A DNA stretch of 64,000 nt. It comes from Thermodesulfovibrionales bacterium. GTDB lineage: Bacteria > Nitrospirota > Thermodesulfovibrionia > Thermodesulfovibrionales > SM23-35. The DNA lies in contig CAVQRT010000003.1 in NCBI GenBank assembly GCA_963715195.1, positions 160,001 through 224,000 on the forward strand, read 5' to 3'. Position numbers and translations under genes: made by a program. Positions within the stretch are counted from its first letter, which is position 1. The number at the start of each line of letters is the position of its first letter. Below, piece by piece: positions 1 to 9,770 of the stretch. The notes under the pieces were generated by a model. That model searched no databases and was not told where the DNA came from. It saw nothing but the letters and a program-made list of their open reading frames with translations.

Positions 1-1563
1 TCCCTCTTCAAGGAGAAGCCTGGGGTGTTTCCCGATGCTGAGCATCAGGTGCTCTGCTCTCATCAATCCTACACCGTCTGCATTGGTCTCCTGTGCAACC
101 TTTTGAGCGATCTCAGGAATAGAAAGATTCACGTACACTTTTGTTGCAGTTATAATCCGGGCAGACAGATCAACAGAAACGCCAGGGGATTGAACTATAG
201 CCCCTTCCTGTTCTTTCATAGCTCCCGCAAAAACAAAGCCGCGCTGGCCGTCCACCGTTACTGTCTCACCCTCTTTCAGAACCTTTGTCGCTTTTTCAGT
301 TCCAACGATACAGGGAACACCAAGTTCTCGGCTTACGATAGCTGCGTGACACGTTTTACCGCCGAGGTTTGTCACCACAGCAGCAGCGATTTTCATCGCG
401 GGAACCCAGTCAGGGGTTGTCATATCGGTAACGAGTATCTCACCCTTTTGAAATCGTGATATATCCTTCACGTTTACAATAACCTTGCTCTTGCCGGAAG
501 CCTTACCAGGACTCACACCAATCCCTCTGATGAGTATCTCTTGTTCCATCACATCCTTCCTTTCTTCAACTGTTACTTCTTTTTCCACGCCATAAACTGT
601 CTCGGGGCGGGCCTGAAGGATAAATATCCTGCCCTTTTCGTCAATAGCCCATTCGATATCCTGGGGCACACCATAGTGTTTCTCTATCTGTAATCCGTAC
701 CGAGCAATATGCACAATTTCCTGATCGGTTAATGCCTGCCTGTCCCGCAATTCCTGCGGTACCGCTATCCATTTTATCCCCCCCTTTTTATCAGATACAA
801 TCTGCCGTTCTTTCTTCACAACATGCTTGCCGGAAACAGCCAAAGTACTCTTGTCGACAATATATTCGTCCGGGGTTACCTGACCACTGACGACCGCTTC
901 TCCCAGCCCGGGTGATGCATTGATGACGATTTTGTCGTGCGCACCGCTCACGGGTTCTATCGTAAACATGACTCCAGAAGCACGGGAGTGTATCATCTCC
1001 TGCACAGCGACACTGATGAGGACTTCGTCGTCTGAAAACCCCTTCTCTTTGCGGTACACAATCGTGCGCGGAGTAAACAGGGAGCTCCAGCATTTTTTAA
1101 CGCTCTCCAGAAGGTTCTTGCCAGTCACGTTCAGAAAGGTATCCTGCTGCCCCGCAAAACTCGCACCCGGAAGATCCTCGGCAGTTGCGGAAGAACGAAC
1201 AGCCACCGGGATATTGTCTTTGCCCCTCTCCCTGCAGAGCTCCTGATATCTTTGAAGGACCTCTTTTTCTATCTCCCGTGGGAGCGGCAGTCCCTGAATG
1301 AGTTTCCTGATTTTTTGTGATACATTGTTCAGTGCATCCATGTCCGCGATGTCTGTTCCGGAGAGAAGCGACTGAATTTTCTTCTGTGCACCCGTTTTTT
1401 CAAGAAACGTTTGGTAAGCATCGGCAGAGAGAGCAAAACCATTGGGAACGGGTACACCGATCTTGCCGAACAGCTCACCGAGGTTGGCACATTTCCCCCC
1501 TACGAGCGGGATATCTTCTTTCCCGATATCTTTGAACCAGAGCACAAAATTACGTTTCACCAT
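1..1563 (-). CDS. ppsA: Phosphoenolpyruvate synthase, N-terminal part; runs off the left edge
   Basis: Not in ORF track. Manual translation from ATG at 1563 (SD AGGAGG upstream): MVKRNFVLWFKDIGKEDIPLVGGKCANLGEL...VAVRSSATAEDLPGASFAGQQDTFLN...DIEWA...LQARPETV...GGKTCHAAIVSRELG (phospho-His motif). Directly follows ppsR. Confidence 0.95.
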   Translation of the reverse strand, partial: MVKRNFVLWFKDIGKEDIPLVGGKCANLGELFGKIGVPVPNGFALSADAYQTFLEKTGAQKKIQSLLSGTDIADMDALNNVSQKIRKLIQGLPLPREIEKEVLQRYQELCRERGKDNIPVAVRSSATAEDLPGASFAGQQDTFLNVTGKNLLESVKKCWSSLFTPRTIVYRKEKGFSDDEVLISVAVQEMIHSRASGVMFTIEPVSGAHDKIVINASPGLGEAVVSGQVTPDEYIVDKSTLAVSGKHVVKKERQIVSDKKGGIKWIAVPQELRDRQALTDQEIVHIARYGLQIEKHYGVPQDIEWAIDEKGRIFILQARPETVYGVEKEVTVEERKDVMEQEILIRGIGVSPGKASGKSKVIVNVKDISRFQKGEILVTDMTTPDWVPAMKIAAAVVTNLGGKTCHAAIVSRELGVPCIVGTEKATKVLKEGETVTVDGQRGFVFAGAMKEQEGAIVQSPGVSVDLSARIITATKVYVNLSIPEIAQKVAQETNADGVGLMRAEHLMLSIGKHPRLLLEEG

Positions 1564-1569
1564 AAAGCA

Positions 1570-2373
1570 TTACCTCCTTTCCTGCCTCCTCTCAATAATT
1601 TTGTTAGCAACCTCTTCTATGGAACTGTGGGTAACATCAATGATCTGCATTCCCTTAATTCTGTTGAATATTCTGTGGCTGTATTCCAGTTCCTTTTGAA
1701 TATGGGATATATCCAGATAATCGGTGGCACCGGCGTATTTCATTCTTTTCTCCCTGATAAAGGCGAGCCTCTCCGCCGCAATGGTCAAGCCTATTTTTTG
1801 CATATGCAGGGTAAAGATCGTTTCAGGCGGTGTGATCCCAGCAATAATAGGGACATTTGCAACTTTCAGGGTATGGTTGCATGAGAGATACAGACTGGTC
1901 GGGGTCTTTGATGTTCGTGAAACCCCGAAGAGAACAATTTCAGCATCCCCGATCGTATCGATCCCCTGCCCGTCATCGTGCCTGAGGGTAAAATCGATAG
2001 CCTCTGCAAGCCGGATAGACTCTGCACTGACCCTTCTGAGTATCCCGGGACTGAACGTCGGATTCAGATCCCACATTTTTCCTAATCTTTCAAGGAGCGG
2101 CCCGAGAACATCAACGGCAAAAAGATTCATCTGCCGTTTCTGTTTCCGGAGCCAGAGCCTGAGGTCCTGGGATACCAGAGAATACACGATAATACCCTGC
2201 ATCGCTTCCGCCTGCTCCAGAATCGACTTAATCTGTTCTTTGGTTTTGATATACGGAAATTTTTTGAAGACCGGAACAATCTCCTTGAATTGAACCAGGA
2301 CAGCACTGATGATCATTTCAGCGGTTAATCCCGTTGCATCAGAGACAATAAAAACATGCACTTTTTTCTTCAA
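1570..2373 (-). CDS. ppsR: PEP synthase/PPDK regulatory kinase-pyrophosphorylase (DUF299)
   Basis: VSDATGLTAE, AIDFTLRHDDG, GVSRTSKTPTSLYL, KVANVP, SIEEVA motifs; TTG start; adjacent to ppsA. Confidence 0.93.
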   Translation of the reverse strand: MKKKVHVFIVSDATGLTAEMIISAVLVQFKEIVPVFKKFPYIKTKEQIKSILEQAEAMQGIIVYSLVSQDLRLWLRKQKRQMNLFAVDVLGPLLERLGKMWDLNPTFSPGILRRVSAESIRLAEAIDFTLRHDDGQGIDTIGDAEIVLFGVSRTSKTPTSLYLSCNHTLKVANVPIIAGITPPETIFTLHMQKIGLTIAAERLAFIREKRMKYAGATDYLDISHIQKELEYSHRIFNRIKGMQIIDVTHSSIEEVANKIIERRQERR

Positions 2374-2397
2374 GCGGCGGAATCTCCTCTCGACATT

Positions 2398-3432
2398 TCA
2401 GAGCTTGATACCCGGCCAGTTCATGACGGGATCGGCGGAACTCACCACGTGCATCCCCGCGCGTGCAAACCTCCGATACGCTTCATCAGCGCGTTCTGTA
2501 TAATCAATAACTCCCGGGACAACAACAGGTGATGAGCAATCCTCAAGCAGGTATACTTTCTCAACCAGCTGCTCATCATGGGTAAGGATATCACTGAGGA
2601 GATCATCGACGGTCCAGGCAACGCAGTGACTCTTCGCCTCTCCTGCAATGATGACTGCATCGAATTCACGGAGCTTCTGCATGAATTTGTCACTCTTCTG
2701 ACCAAGATGTTCCCCCCCCGGTCCATCTCGCACCTCGGGACCGAGCACGGAATAATGCTCGGTAAATGGTTTATCTCCTTTCAGGCGGATGTCGGACTGA
2801 CTGTACCGTGCGACAGAGTGAAAAAAGACCGCTTCCTCAAATGATGCCACAAGGGCATGGCCTATCCCCCCGAGCATCGCATGATATGGCCATACCGTCA
2901 GGTCATATTTCCCGCCCTGCCTGAGCCTCCCGGCATAATACAGAAGGTGATGCTGCCCAAACTCTTGACTGACCTGCAAACTGTAACAGAGCTCCGGGTT
3001 GAATCTCCACAACCCCTTCCCGATGTCTTCTTCCGATATCAGGGTGAAAGGTGCCGGATGTTCACCGCGGTCGTTTATGAGATAAATGCTGTGGAAGATC
3101 TGCATCGTCCGGTGTGTATCCATGGTAGGACAGGTCTGCGTTATAATGTTCAGGTTCCGGTAAAGGAAATCGCAGAGCCTTCGTGTATCCTCGACAGCCC
3201 CGGAACCTGATGGGTCGCCAACATATAATTCAAATCCGGGAATGCAAAAGGTATTTTGAACATCAACTGCGATCAGACATATTCTGAAGTGGTCTTCAAC
3301 AGCGGGTCTGATATCATGCTGCTTCGCCCATTGCTCGGCGTCGTGCGCTAATTGCTGGTAAGCAACTCTCCAGATTTCACCTGTCCTCTGTGTGCTGAAG
3401 TGGGGCGGAACGGGAAGCTCACCTCTTCGCAT
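2398..3432 (-). CDS. Isochorismatase/nicotinamidase-like cysteine hydrolase
   Basis: Asp-Lys-Cys triad motifs: AVDVQNTFC, TMDTH, VWPYHAM, LKGD, AGEAKSHCV. Confidence 0.8.
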   Translation of the reverse strand: MRRGELPVPPHFSTQRTGEIWRVAYQQLAHDAEQWAKQHDIRPAVEDHFRICLIAVDVQNTFCIPGFELYVGDPSGSGAVEDTRRLCDFLYRNLNIITQTCPTMDTHRTMQIFHSIYLINDRGEHPAPFTLISEEDIGKGLWRFNPELCYSLQVSQEFGQHHLLYYAGRLRQGGKYDLTVWPYHAMLGGIGHALVASFEEAVFFHSVARYSQSDIRLKGDKPFTEHYSVLGPEVRDGPGGEHLGQKSDKFMQKLREFDAVIIAGEAKSHCVAWTVDDLLSDILTHDEQLVEKVYLLEDCSSPVVVPGVIDYTERADEAYRRFARAGMHVVSSADPVMNWPGIKL

Positions 3433-3448
3433 GATCCCCTTCCTTCCG

Positions 3449-3952
3449 TCATTCCGGAACGTTTTTCACCGATCTGAACTTCTCCCGTAAGGCTGCTTCA
3501 ACTTCTTCAGTCACAAAACCCCGAACGGCACCCCCGAAGGATGCCACTTCCTTAATGACGCTTGACGTAATAAAGCCGTACTCTTCACTTGGCATCATAA
3601 AAACCGTTTCAATATCAGCATCAAGCGCCCGGTTCATATGAGCCATCTGCAGTTCAGTCTCGAAATCGGAAATAGCTCTCAGGCCCCGGAGAATGGCATC
3701 TCCTTTCCGCTGCCTGACATATTCGACAAGCAGGCCTTGAAACGCCTCAACCGTTACGCCATCAATCCCTCTCACTGCGTGGTTGATCATATTCAGTCGT
3801 TCCTGAAGCGTGAAGAGAGGATTCTTCTTGTAACTCGGCGCAACAGCAATAATAACTTCATTGAATATCCTGACCGCCCTCCTGACGAGATCAAGGTGTC
3901 CGTTGGTTATGGGATCAAATGTCCCGGGATAAATGGCCCTTTTTTTCATCAT
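3449..3952 (-). CDS. coaD: Phosphopantetheine adenylyltransferase
   Basis: YPGTFDPITNGHLD, RGLRAISDFETE, SSVIKEVA; start moved to ATG 3952, overlapping the rsmD stop (ATGA). Confidence 0.97.
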   Translation of the reverse strand: MMKKRAIYPGTFDPITNGHLDLVRRAVRIFNEVIIAVAPSYKKNPLFTLQERLNMINHAVRGIDGVTVEAFQGLLVEYVRQRKGDAILRGLRAISDFETELQMAHMNRALDADIETVFMMPSEEYGFITSSVIKEVASFGGAVRGFVTEEVEAALREKFRSVKNVPE

Positions 3953-4524
3953 ATGGTTCTTTTGTAGAGTGTCAGCGTGGTATCCCCGTACCGATAACAT
4001 TTATGCAGCGCTAAGAATCCGATCTGATCCGGAAGGTTTTTTTTGAAAAAATGCTCAACGATAACGATGCCGTCTGCTTTCAAAAGCTCCTCCTTTCCAA
4101 GAACGGGCAGGACTTTCTCAATCTCTTCAGATTGATACGGTGGGTCTATAAAAAAAATATCATATTGTTCATGAGCAGATGACGCCCTTGTGAGAAAATC
4201 ATCGGCTCTTCCCTGGAAAATTTGGACATTGTGAGAAAACCCGAAATCATGTGCGTTCCGCTTCATGGTTTCTGTCATGACCGGATCAGGCTCTATGAAA
4301 ACGGCTTTTGCCGCACCTCTCGACAGCGATTCAAAACCCACTGTGCCTGTGCCCGCGTAGAGATCGACAAAAGCGGCCCCTTCAATCCGGTTCCTGAGAA
4401 TATCAAAGAGTGCTTCTCTGACTTTTGCGGAAGTTGGCCTCAGCCGCTCTCCTGGTGAAGCCCTCGCGAAAAGCTTTTTTGTTGCCGTACGTCTCCCCTT
4501 CGCAAAACCTCCGGAGATCCTCAT
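3949..4524 (-). CDS. rsmD: 16S rRNA m2G966 methyltransferase
   Basis: MRISGG, LRPTSAKVREALF, DLYAGTG, FIDPPY, YRYGDT; usual rsmD-coaD pairing. Confidence 0.95.
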   Translation of the reverse strand: MRISGGFAKGRRTATKKLFARASPGERLRPTSAKVREALFDILRNRIEGAAFVDLYAGTGTVGFESLSRGAAKAVFIEPDPVMTETMKRNAHDFGFSHNVQIFQGRADDFLTRASSAHEQYDIFFIDPPYQSEEIEKVLPVLGKEELLKADGIVIVEHFFKKNLPDQIGFLALHKCYRYGDTTLTLYKRTI

Positions 4525-4532
4525 TTGTCTAT

Positions 4533-4561
4533 ATATTACTACAAGAGATATGAGCCTGCAA
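4533..4561 (-). promoter_or_regulatory. Putative sigma-70 promoter of the rsmD-coaD-hydrolase-ppsR-ppsA run
   Basis: TTGCAG-17 bp-TAATAT on the minus strand, 8 nt before the rsmD ATG. Confidence 0.5.
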
Positions 4562-4675
4562 CTTATTGACCCAAGATGCTTTGGAGAACAGATATCAGGA
4601 AACCTTGACGGGCTGCAAAAGAAAAGTTGATAATGCTAAACGAGCAATAACTTCTCAGAAAGACAGGGGGATATC

Positions 4676-5173
4676 ATGGCAGATGAGCATTCGTTTGACA
4701 TTGTGAGCAGAGTCGATATGCAGGAGGTCTTAAACGCTGTTCAACAGGCACTGAAGGAGATAAGCCAGCGCTTCGACTTCAAAGGAAGTAAAAGCAGCAT
4801 CGACCTGAGTAAGGAAAAGGCGGAAATAACCCTCGTGGCAGACGACGATTATAAACTGAAAAGCCTTACGGAAATCCTCAAGGCAAAACTGGTGAAGAGG
4901 AATGTTTCCCTGAAAGCCCTGAATTTCGGCAAGGTTGAGAAAGCTGCAGGTGATACATTACGGCAGCTCATATCCCTTCAGCAGGGGCTGTCACCGGAGA
5001 GGGCAAAGGATATCGCAAAGCTGATAAAAGACACGAAACTCAAAGTTCAGGCGGAGATCCAGAAAGACCAGGTGAGGGTGAGGGCAAAAAAGATTGATGA
5101 CCTCCAGGCGATCATAAAAATGCTGAAAGAGAAGGATCTCGATTTTCACATCGAATATATCAATTACCGGTAA
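4676..5173 (+). CDS. yajQ: YajQ family nucleotide/c-di-GMP-binding protein
   Basis: [34 protein letters not shown], terminal NYR. Confidence 0.95.
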   Translation: MADEHSFDIVSRVDMQEVLNAVQQALKEISQRFDFKGSKSSIDLSKEKAEITLVADDDYKLKSLTEILKAKLVKRNVSLKALNFGKVEKAAGDTLRQLISLQQGLSPERAKDIAKLIKDTKLKVQAEIQKDQVRVRAKKIDDLQAIIKMLKEKDLDFHIEYINYR

Positions 5174-5244
5174 AACTGCCGGACGAAAAGCAGCAGGACG
5201 ATAAGGTTATGCAATACTGTTGAGGCTATGCTCCTGTATGAGTG

Positions 5245-5532
5245 TTACTCGATGATTTTCGGTACCCGGTAGAATTTGCCGGTATGCGAGGGTGCATTCG
5301 AGAGGGCCTCATCCCTCGTAATCGACTGCCGAACCAGATCATCCCTCGTGACATTCTGCAAAGACAGTACATGGGATGTGGGCTGAACAGCGCTCGTATC
5401 GAGCTCATTCAGCTTTTTCATATAATCAAGAATGCTGCTGAGCTGCGACCCGAACCTTTCCTGCTCTTCATCCGAAAGGAAAAGCCTGGCCAAAAGTGCA
5501 ATATGTTCAATTTCACCTTTGGTAATCTGCAT
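5245..5532 (-). CDS. gatC: Asp/Glu-tRNA amidotransferase subunit C
   Basis: HIALLARL, LNELDT, PTSH, ALSNAP, YRVPKIIE. Confidence 0.95.
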   Translation of the reverse strand: MQITKGEIEHIALLARLFLSDEEQERFGSQLSSILDYMKKLNELDTSAVQPTSHVLSLQNVTRDDLVRQSITRDEALSNAPSHTGKFYRVPKIIE

Positions 5533-5540
5533 GGCCGGAG

Positions 5541-7631
5541 CTAAATTTTTTCGAGATTTGCGAATCTCACAGCAAGCCTCTTAATTCCAAAATTGGGGAA
5601 GTTAACCATTACTTTCTGATCATCCCCGTCTCCGTAAGAGTCACGAACAACCCCTATGCCCCATGCCGGGTGTTTCACCCTGCATCCTGCGTTGTAAAAT
5701 GAGTAGCTTTTTCCCCGCCCGTTCTTCTGCCGACGGGTTACCGTCACAGTATGGTGTCCGCTTATCTTGTCAATCCAGTGACAGCATTCCCTGGGGATGT
5801 CCCTGAGAAAACGCGAAGGTTCCTGATCCTGGAATTTTGCATAGAGCTTCCTCTTGCTGGCTCCGGTCAGCCATAAAACATCCTGGGCACGGGTCATCCC
5901 GACATAGAAAAGTCTGCGCTCTTCGGCAATCTCCTCTTCATTCTTCATTGCTTTGCAATAGGGGAGAACCCCCTCTTCGACCCCGGTAACAAAAACAGCC
6001 GGAAACTCCAGCCCTTTCGCGTTATGCAACGTCATGAGAGATACGCAATCTGCTCCGCATGGATCGTCAAGGCTGGTGATGAGCGAGACGCGGTCAAGAA
6101 AACTCCCGATATCCATGCCTTCTGCAGAAGAAATGAGCTCTTCCACGTTCTTTGCCCGCTCTTCATCGAGGGTGTTCGAATACCCTGATTTCTCATAAAT
6201 ACGTCTCAGCAGATCTGCTGCCGATTTATATCTCACAGAGGCAATTCGATCGATCATCTTGACAAAATCAGCAAACTTTGTCTTCACCGCCTGGGAGAAA
6301 TGGTCTCCGCGAAGATTTGCTTTTACGATATCAAATAATGGAAGGGATTTCTTCTTCGCATCCTGTTCTATCCTGTTCAGGATAGCTGCACCGATTCCCC
6401 GCGCAGGAGTATTGATAATTCTCCTGAAGCTCACATTGTCTCCTTTGTTGGAGACGAAACGCATATATGCGATAAGGTCTTTAATCTCCCTCCTCTTATA
6501 AAAACTGATGCTTCCGAGGATTCGATAGGGGATCCCTTCATCACGCATGGCATCTTCGAGAGCCTTGGCTTGAAGATTGACGCGGTAAAACACCGCAAAA
6601 TCCCTATAGTTGTATGTACCTTTCAGGTAGTATTCTTTGATGGCCTTTGCGATACACCTGGCTTCGTCCGTATACGTCCTGAACCAGCAGAAATGTACCT
6701 TTTCCCCCGTAATACGGTCTGTCCAGAGTTTTTTGGACTGCCTCTTGACGTTCCGTGCAATCACTGCACCTGACACATTCAGAATATGCTGCGTCGAACG
6801 GTAGTTCTGTTCCAGTTTGATCAGCTTTGCACCGGGAAAGTCATGCTTGAAATTCAGGATATTACTTACATTGGCCCCTCTGAACTTATAGATGCTCTGG
6901 TCATCATCGCCCACAACACAAATCCTTTTATGGGCTGAGGCAAGAAGTTTGAGCAGCTCATACTGGGCAAAATTCGTATCCTGAAACTCATCGACGAGAA
7001 TATATGCAAACGTCTTCTGATAGTGTTGGAGAATTTTTGCGTTATCCGTAAACAGCTTCACCGTCAACATGATAAGATCATCAAAATCGAGCGCGTTGCT
7101 CCTCTTCATTTCGTGCTGATACCGGACATATACCTTGGCAAGCTTTTCATCAAAGCCGAAGCCGTCTCCTGAAGCAAGAAACATTTCAGGACTTATCAGG
7201 GAAGACTTCAAAAAGCTGATACGCGAGACGATTCCCTTGTAGAGGGCTTCATAAATCTTGAATTCCTTCAGGATATGCCGTATAAGTTTGCACTGGTCAT
7301 CTTCGTCGTAAATCGAAAAATTGCTTGAATACCCGAGCGCCGGGATCTCTTTGCGCAATATTCTGCTGCATTGTGAATGAAAGGTTCCGATCCAAGCACC
7401 GTTCAGATCTTTATCGAGGAGACCCCGAATCCGATCTTTCATCTCGTTGGCTGCCTTATTGGTAAAGGTCACGGTCAATATTGAATCAGTGGAGATCTTC
7501 TTTGTTTTGTTCAGATATGAAAACTTATGAGCGATAACCCTGGTCTTGCCGCTTCCCGCACCGGCAAATACAAGCAACGGGCTGCTGATATACTGAAGAG
7601 CTTCTTTTTGCTGGGGATTTAGGTCATGCAT
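5541..7631 (-). CDS. pcrA: UvrD/PcrA superfamily 1 DNA helicase
   Basis: AGAGSGKT, TFTNKAA, DEFQDTN, GDDDQSIY, LEQNYRS, TLHNAKGLEF, EERRLFYVGMTRA, C-terminal Tudor-like domain; start set to ATG 7631 after SD AAGGAG. Confidence 0.95.
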   Translation of the reverse strand: MHDLNPQQKEALQYISSPLLVFAGAGSGKTRVIAHKFSYLNKTKKISTDSILTVTFTNKAANEMKDRIRGLLDKDLNGAWIGTFHSQCSRILRKEIPALGYSSNFSIYDEDDQCKLIRHILKEFKIYEALYKGIVSRISFLKSSLISPEMFLASGDGFGFDEKLAKVYVRYQHEMKRSNALDFDDLIMLTVKLFTDNAKILQHYQKTFAYILVDEFQDTNFAQYELLKLLASAHKRICVVGDDDQSIYKFRGANVSNILNFKHDFPGAKLIKLEQNYRSTQHILNVSGAVIARNVKRQSKKLWTDRITGEKVHFCWFRTYTDEARCIAKAIKEYYLKGTYNYRDFAVFYRVNLQAKALEDAMRDEGIPYRILGSISFYKRREIKDLIAYMRFVSNKGDNVSFRRIINTPARGIGAAILNRIEQDAKKKSLPLFDIVKANLRGDHFSQAVKTKFADFVKMIDRIASVRYKSAADLLRRIYEKSGYSNTLDEERAKNVEELISSAEGMDIGSFLDRVSLITSLDDPCGADCVSLMTLHNAKGLEFPAVFVTGVEEGVLPYCKAMKNEEEIAEERRLFYVGMTRAQDVLWLTGASKRKLYAKFQDQEPSRFLRDIPRECCHWIDKISGHHTVTVTRRQKNGRGKSYSFYNAGCRVKHPAWGIGVVRDSYGDGDDQKVMVNFPNFGIKRLAVRFANLEKI

Positions 7632-7769
7632 TAAATTCTCCTTTGATGTTTTCATGTTAACAGATTTGCAGGAACGAAATCTATACACAGCCTGCGTTCG
7701 GGCATTTCCCGGGCATCCCGCGTCCCTTTCCGGAAGGAATCAATGTATTTCTAAAAACGCTTCCCCGGA

Positions 7770-9597
7770 TTATTCAACAGTAACACTCTTTGCAAGATTC
7801 CTCGGCTGATCCACATCACAGCCCCTGAAAACACCGATATGATATGCGAGCAACTGAGCAGGAACAGCCATGAGCAATACCGTCAAATACCGATTCGTCT
7901 GCGGAACCGGGATGCACCTGTCAGAAAATGCGCATATCTGGTCGTCAATCCGGTCTGTAATAGTTATAATCTTCCCCCCCCGGCTTATGACCTCCTGAAT
8001 GTTCGAAGCAATCTTTTCATGGAGGATATCATATGGTGCAAAAACAACAACCGGGAGCTCCTCGTCGATCAATGCTATCGGGCCATGCTTCATCTCTCCC
8101 GCAGGATATCCTTCAGCATGGATATATGAAATCTCTTTCAATTTGAGCGCGCCCTCGAGTGCAACCGGATAGCAGAGCCCCCGCCCGAGATACAAAAAAT
8201 CCGAAGCCTTGCAATAATCCTTCGCAATGGCTCGGATCAAATCATCTGATCTGAGCGTCTCTTCAACCTTTCCGGGTATCGTCAGGAGCTCTTTTATAAA
8301 ATCTCTTGATGCATCCCCGGAGATGGTGCCCCTTATCCTGCCGGCAGCAATTGCAAGGAGATAAAGCCCGATGATCTGGGTCGTAAAAGCCTTTGTCGAC
8401 GCAACGCCGATCTCCGGACCTGAATGTGTATAAAAAACCGCGTCAGCCTCCCGGGAAGACGTACTCCCGACCACATTGCAGATGCTCAGAACCAAGGCAC
8501 CAAGTTTTTTCGCTTCTCTCTGCGCTGCAAGGGTATCAGCCGTCTCGCCCGACTGCGTGATGATGATCATCAAATCAGACGGATTGATGAGCGGACATTC
8601 GGTAGCGGAATTCCGACGCAATATCAACCTCGACGGGAATTCTTGCAATGCTTTCTATCATGTATTTTCCGATAAGTGCCGCATGGTAGGACGTGCCGCA
8701 GGCAACGATGAATATTTTTTGGGCACTGCTTATGGTGTTTTCATCGATGCCGAATTCCTCAAGATAAACATCTCCCCGCTCCGCATTCAACCGACCCCTC
8801 AGGGTATCAGCAATCGCCCGCGGTTGTTCATAGATCTCCTTTAACATGAAATGCCTGAACCCGCCCTTCTCGGCCATGGACGGGTTCCATGAAACCGTCA
8901 CTACATCTTTTTCGAGCGGAGAACCGTCGGTGCCGATGACACTGACGCCCTGCCTCGTAAGGACTGCCATCTCCCCGTCATTGAGGAATATGACATCCCG
9001 TGAATAGTTCAGAAACGCCGGTATATCAGAAGCGAGAAAGTATTCACCGTCCCCCAGACCAATGACAAGCGGACTGTCTTTTCTGACTCCGACGATTTTG
9101 TCGGGCTCTTCTTTCTTGATAACAGCAAGGGCATAGGATCCCTTTACCTCTTTGAGTGCCTCCCGGAGGGCATCCTCCAGAGGATACTGCCGTGCATAAT
9201 CCTCAATCAGATGGCAGAGAACCTCGGTATCGGTCTCCGATGTAAAGGTATACCCCCGATCCTGTAACATTTTTTTCAGAGGAAGATAATTTTCTATGAT
9301 TCCGTTGTGCACCAGCACAATACCATTCGAACGGTGAGGATGGGCATTTTCCTCTGAAGGCCTTCCATGGGTTGCCCATCTTGTATGCCCTATGGTGGTG
9401 TGGCTTACGGGATTTTCTGATTCAAGGAGTGCGACGAGATCATGTATTTTCCCCGAACATCTCCTAACTTCGATATCCTGTTCGGCAAAAAACGCAATCC
9501 CGGCAGAATCGTATCCCCGGTATTCGAGGCGCTTCAATCCCTCCAGTACTACAGGTACCGCATTTCTGTTCCCGATATAACCGATTATTCCGCACAT
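7770..9597 (-). pseudogene. glmS: Glutamine-fructose-6-phosphate aminotransferase split by a single-base frameshift (probable sequence error)
   Basis: MCGIIG...LEYRGYDSAG...GHTRWATHG...ASEFRYR in one frame; PLINPSD...TQSGETADT...GVASTKAF...KLKEISYIHAEG...QPRNLAKSVTVE in another; one extra base at about 8595-8600. Confidence 0.93.
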
Positions 9598-9770
9598 ATC
9601 AGTAGGTAGCAGGTAGTTGATATAAGACAGGAAAGAAGTGATACATCTCTCCCCTCGTTACCTGTCTATCTTCTACCCTCCCCTGTCTTTGTTTTTGTCT
9701 TTTTTTTGGTGTTTTGTGTTCGTCTTTTGCTGTCTAATGTCTACAATATACTGTCTACTTTTTTGTCTTC
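9598..9770. repeat. Degenerate short-period repeat tract (TGTCT/AGTAGG-type units, partly 7-nt period)
   Basis: TGTCT at 9663, 9684, 9696, 9731, 9738, 9752, 9764; CAGTAGG-TAGCAGG-TAGTTGA at 9600-9620 in opposite orientation. Confidence 0.5.

Noticed and set aside
25..1535. ORF-track entries 25..459, 791..1093, 920..1246, 1317..1535
   Set aside because: Antisense or off-frame shadows of ppsA, which the track missed because it runs off the window edge
7690..7770. CCGGAAGGAA resembling the SRP RNA loop
   Set aside because: Flanking CAGG/GCAGC internal-loop residues and the long stem are absent
9598..9672. glmS ribozyme upstream of glmS
   Set aside because: Spacer is only about 75 nt and lacks the conserved core sequence
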